Source: a virus (lineage: Duplodnaviria > Heunggongvirae > Uroviricota > Caudoviricetes). Taken from it: 29,170 nucleotides of DNA. The first letter of the stretch is position 1, and each line of letters starts with the position of its first letter. Under the pieces are notes generated by a model that saw only the letters and a program-made list of their open reading frames with translations, was not told where the DNA came from and did no database searches. Position numbers and translations under genes: made by a program. This document shows positions 26,419 to 29,170 of the stretch, piece by piece. Location: IMG/VR virus record IMGVR_UViG_3300031787_000010, positions 137,429-166,598 of that record; one strand, 5' to 3'.

Positions 26419-27306
26419 TTAATCTTCTAGTGAAAATACATGTAAGTTTACAGTTGGAGTTATAGGAGAACCCGAAGATGATACGTTCTGCATATAATAA
26501 TAAACAGAATTTATTCCTTCCATTTTTGTTGGATCTGTGATTAATTCCGATAAGTCGTTTCCCATATTTTGTAAATTAGCTCCTATGATTTTAGGAGTAA
26601 AATAAACTATATTACTTCCAGAGATAACAGTATCTATTATTAATCCAATTGATTCCGATGGTTCAGTTGCAAATAATCTATTTCTTTCACTAACATTATA
26701 TATACTACCGCTATTATTATACATTCTAAATCTAACCATGTGGCTAGAGTTTGCTAATGAAGCACTTACCATTATATAAGTTTTTGGTACAGTTGGTGAC
26801 GTAATACTGGTAAATGTACCACTTGCATACGCTAACGCCGCAATAGTCGAAGAAGGTGTTATTTGTATTAATCTACGATTATTTTCTGTGTACGATGTAT
26901 TAATCGCAGGAGTTATAGATGTATCTTCTATTAAAAGCCTATTAATTTTAAAGGAGGAACCCGAAGGCGTGCATCTATAATACGTTAATGGTGTAGTTGC
27001 CGAATTCGTATGTCCTATTGACGCTGGGTTTATCGTATATACTGTATTACTTAAACTCATACTGTAGTCACCGACAAGTGCTACGGTTGGTGGTACGGTT
27101 GAACCAAATATACGGGAAATTTCAGTAGAATCGTCTCTACTCTGAATTGTGTCATAGATTCGTAATCTAGCAGGTTGTGTAGATTCTATACTTAATATAA
27201 GAAAAGAACCCCCAAGGGCAACCGAACCACTACCGACCGTATCGGTAACTGTAATAACGTCTCTGGTAATTTTTGCCCCGGCTTGGACCTGTTCTTTTAA
27301 TCCCAT
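26419..27306 (-). CDS. Hypothetical beta-rich protein with an internal duplication, probably virion-associated
   Basis: 295 aa, Ser/Thr/Ile-rich; two copies of an R(L/F)R(I/M)Y...E.(S/N)R.F...P motif. Confidence 0.7.
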   Translation of the reverse strand: MGLKEQVQAGAKITRDVITVTDTVGSGSVALGGSFLILSIESTQPARLRIYDTIQSRDDSTEISRIFGSTVPPTVALVGDYSMSLSNTVYTINPASIGHTNSATTPLTYYRCTPSGSSFKINRLLIEDTSITPAINTSYTENNRRLIQITPSSTIAALAYASGTFTSITSPTVPKTYIMVSASLANSSHMVRFRMYNNSGSIYNVSERNRLFATEPSESIGLIIDTVISGSNIVYFTPKIIGANLQNMGNDLSELITDPTKMEGINSVYYYMQNVSSSGSPITPTVNLHVFSLED

Positions 27307-27362
27307 AAATCCACGTTGTTAAAGATACACTAGTATAAATATAAAACTATATGTCTTTTACA

Positions 27363-29170
27363 TTAGGATTCCTTCCTCAATTCACTCTGATAAAAATTAA
27401 ATCTATTGTGTTCTATAGGTGACGCAAGGAAAATTCCACTAGTTAATTCGTTTTTTCTGGTTTGTTGGAATATATGACTCATCCATGTTTGTTCGTATGG
27501 TCTAGCCCACTTTGTGTTTAAAAACATTTTTTGATTACCTTCTTTACTGACTATTTGTGGCCAATTACTGTAATAAATCTGCCCTTTAATATAAGGAGTT
27601 TCATCCACAATGTGAATTGTATCAAAAACAGTTTTTGGAGCATTTGGATCAGTTCCGTGTTCAGGTAACTTATTATAGTTAGGCCAAACTTCATTTCTAA
27701 CTGATTGTGGTACATTATACCAAGCCCACTGCACACTATTATCACCGTAAAATTCGGAAAAAGACATTTTAAAGAAATCAAATTTTTCTTTTACCATAAT
27801 TTTAACGAGCTTTTCATATAAGTTTGGTATATGTGATCTAAATCCATTTCTACAGTTCTTACCAATAAAAGACTCGTTGTTAATATGCATATCGTCTTCA
27901 AAAAACATATAAAAATCAGCGTCGGATTCGCTAAAATGTTCTGCTATAAATTGTCTACCACCACATACACCTAAATTCTCTCTATGAATTTCCTCGAACC
28001 CATACAGTTCACATAACTTATCGTATTGTTCAAATAAACTAGTATCCGTAGAGTTATTTACTAATATTTTTCTACATCGTGTAAACATAGTGTCATCAGC
28101 CGATTGTATGGACTTCACGACAGATTCAAATTGTTCTGTAGAATTAAATCCAAGAACATACAGATTTACTTTAGCAGTTTTTGGTGTTAGTTCTTTCGGC
28201 GGTAAATTTTTTATAAGTTCGTCTACGTCCTTTAATTTTTCAAAAAACGGCCATACCAAACCGTCGCCTGAAAGTTCAAATCTATATATTGTTTCTGGAT
28301 ATAGATGTGCCATTACAGCAAATATACTTTCTTCCGTACCCATAAAATTACTTTCTAGGGTTTGTCGTAAAAGATTATAATAATTACTATTTGCCGTTGC
28401 TATTGAAGTTTTGGAACCACCAAAAAATCCACCACGACACACATATTTTAAATGTTGTGTTTTGGCATATCTTTCAATATCAGTACGTGGAAAGCCATGA
28501 ACTTCATATCCATCCTCATACGGATATGATAAGAATATAAACGCATCAACTTCTTCGGTTAATTTTGGTAGATTTTCTAAAACGACATCGTGATGAAAAT
28601 ATCCTGGATGTACTGTCGTGGAGATGCCTGCATCTAACCAATAAAAATAATTTGTATTAAATGGATTACTGATTGATGCATCGTTCAGTAAAAACATCTT
28701 GCTCATAACTACCGGATTATAAAACTCTAAATTTGCTTGTGGAGAGTTTTCTAACCATGCTGCCTGTTTCTTCCAATTTTCAGTATTTCTAATTTCTTGT
28801 ACTTTTTCGTAGAAGGGAAACCAAGTTTTTAGTTCTTCTAACTCCATAACTTTGACATGAGTATTTTTTCTTGATCTATGCTTCCAAACAAATTCTTCAT
28901 CTTCTTTTGCTACATAAATGTATAAATTTGAAGGAGTTTTGAGTAACTCTGCAAATTTGTCAAGATAATAAGAATACGGACGTTTAAAATCATCACCGAG
29001 TGACCCTCTACCTAAATTCCAAAGAGCGGTTACTATGGTCGTATCAGAATTTTCTAAAGTTTTGAATTCTTCAACAGTATTGTCTACTTGTTGTGAAGAT
29101 TCTTGCTCAGTTTTAGGAATCTCGTCTATCGTGAATCGTAAAACTTTATCTCCGAGATTTATAACGAAAG
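27363..29170 (-). CDS. HtrL/YibB (WlaTC)-family glycosyltransferase fused to a C-terminal GT-A-like domain; 5' truncated
   Basis: The frame stays open from 28847 to the window end (…DTTIVTALWNLGRGSLGDDFKRPYSYYLDKFAELLK…). HtrL motifs: SKMFLLNDAS..NPFNT.YFYWLDAGI, RGGFFGGSK, MGTEESIF. The second domain has NLGVCGGRQ...DFYMFFEDD. Confidence 0.8.
   Translation of the reverse strand, partial: FVINLGDKVLRFTIDEIPKTEQESSQQVDNTVEEFKTLENSDTTIVTALWNLGRGSLGDDFKRPYSYYLDKFAELLKTPSNLYIYVAKEDEEFVWKHRSRKNTHVKVMELEELKTWFPFYEKVQEIRNTENWKKQAAWLENSPQANLEFYNPVVMSKMFLLNDASISNPFNTNYFYWLDAGISTTVHPGYFHHDVVLENLPKLTEEVDAFIFLSYPYEDGYEVHGFPRTDIERYAKTQHLKYVCRGGFFGGSKTSIATANSNYYNLLRQTLESNFMGTEESIFAVMAHLYPETIYRFELSGDGLVWPFFEKLKDVDELIKNLPPKELTPKTAKVNLYVLGFNSTEQFESVVKSIQSADDTMFTRCRKILVNNSTDTSLFEQYDKLCELYGFEEIHRENLGVCGGRQFIAEHFSESDADFYMFFEDDMHINNESFIGKNCRNGFRSHIPNLYEKLVKIMVKEKFDFFKMSFSEFYGDNSVQWAWYNVPQSVRNEVWPNYNKLPEHGTDPNAPKTVFDTIHIVDETPYIKGQIYYSNWPQIVSKEGNQKMFLNTKWARPYEQTWMSHIFQQTRKNELTSGIFLASPIEHNRFNFYQSELRKES

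Noticed and set aside
1-29170. Stop-codon reassignment, as in some large phages
   Set aside because: Long ORFs are intact under code 11, and TAA, TGA and TAG all occur as real gene ends with tight packing.

Overview
A 29-kb segment of a large, AT-rich tailed bacteriophage, probably contractile-tailed (myovirus-like). All supportable genes lie on the minus strand, tightly packed or overlapping, with Shine-Dalgarno sites and the standard genetic code. In transcription order (right to left): (i) a 5'-truncated HtrL/YibB-family glycosyltransferase with a second GT-A-like domain; (ii) three small probable virion proteins and a 688-aa Thr/Pro/Ser-rich mucin/extensin-like protein with Cys-rich modules; (iii) a modification block: GDP-mannose 3,5-epimerase, a three-domain glycosyltransferase (GT96/SGT1-like + O-fucosyltransferase-like + GT60-like), a second GT60, two NodU/CmcH carbamoyltransferases, a GT31-like protein, a 2OG-Fe(II) oxygenase, a SAM methyltransferase and a DUF6065 protein; (iv) a SNF2/SMARCAL1-like helicase; (v) a tail module: a gp26-like assembly chaperone with an overlapping candidate frameshift ORF, tape measure, tube-initiator-like protein, LysM baseplate protein and a 3'-truncated >1157-aa baseplate hub carrying an M15 peptidase domain, which the ORF track misses. 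The main candidate novelty is a phage-encoded, eukaryote-style (extensin/mucin-type) protein O-glycosylation pathway flanking its likely substrate. All family assignments come from motif recognition by eye; no database search was run.
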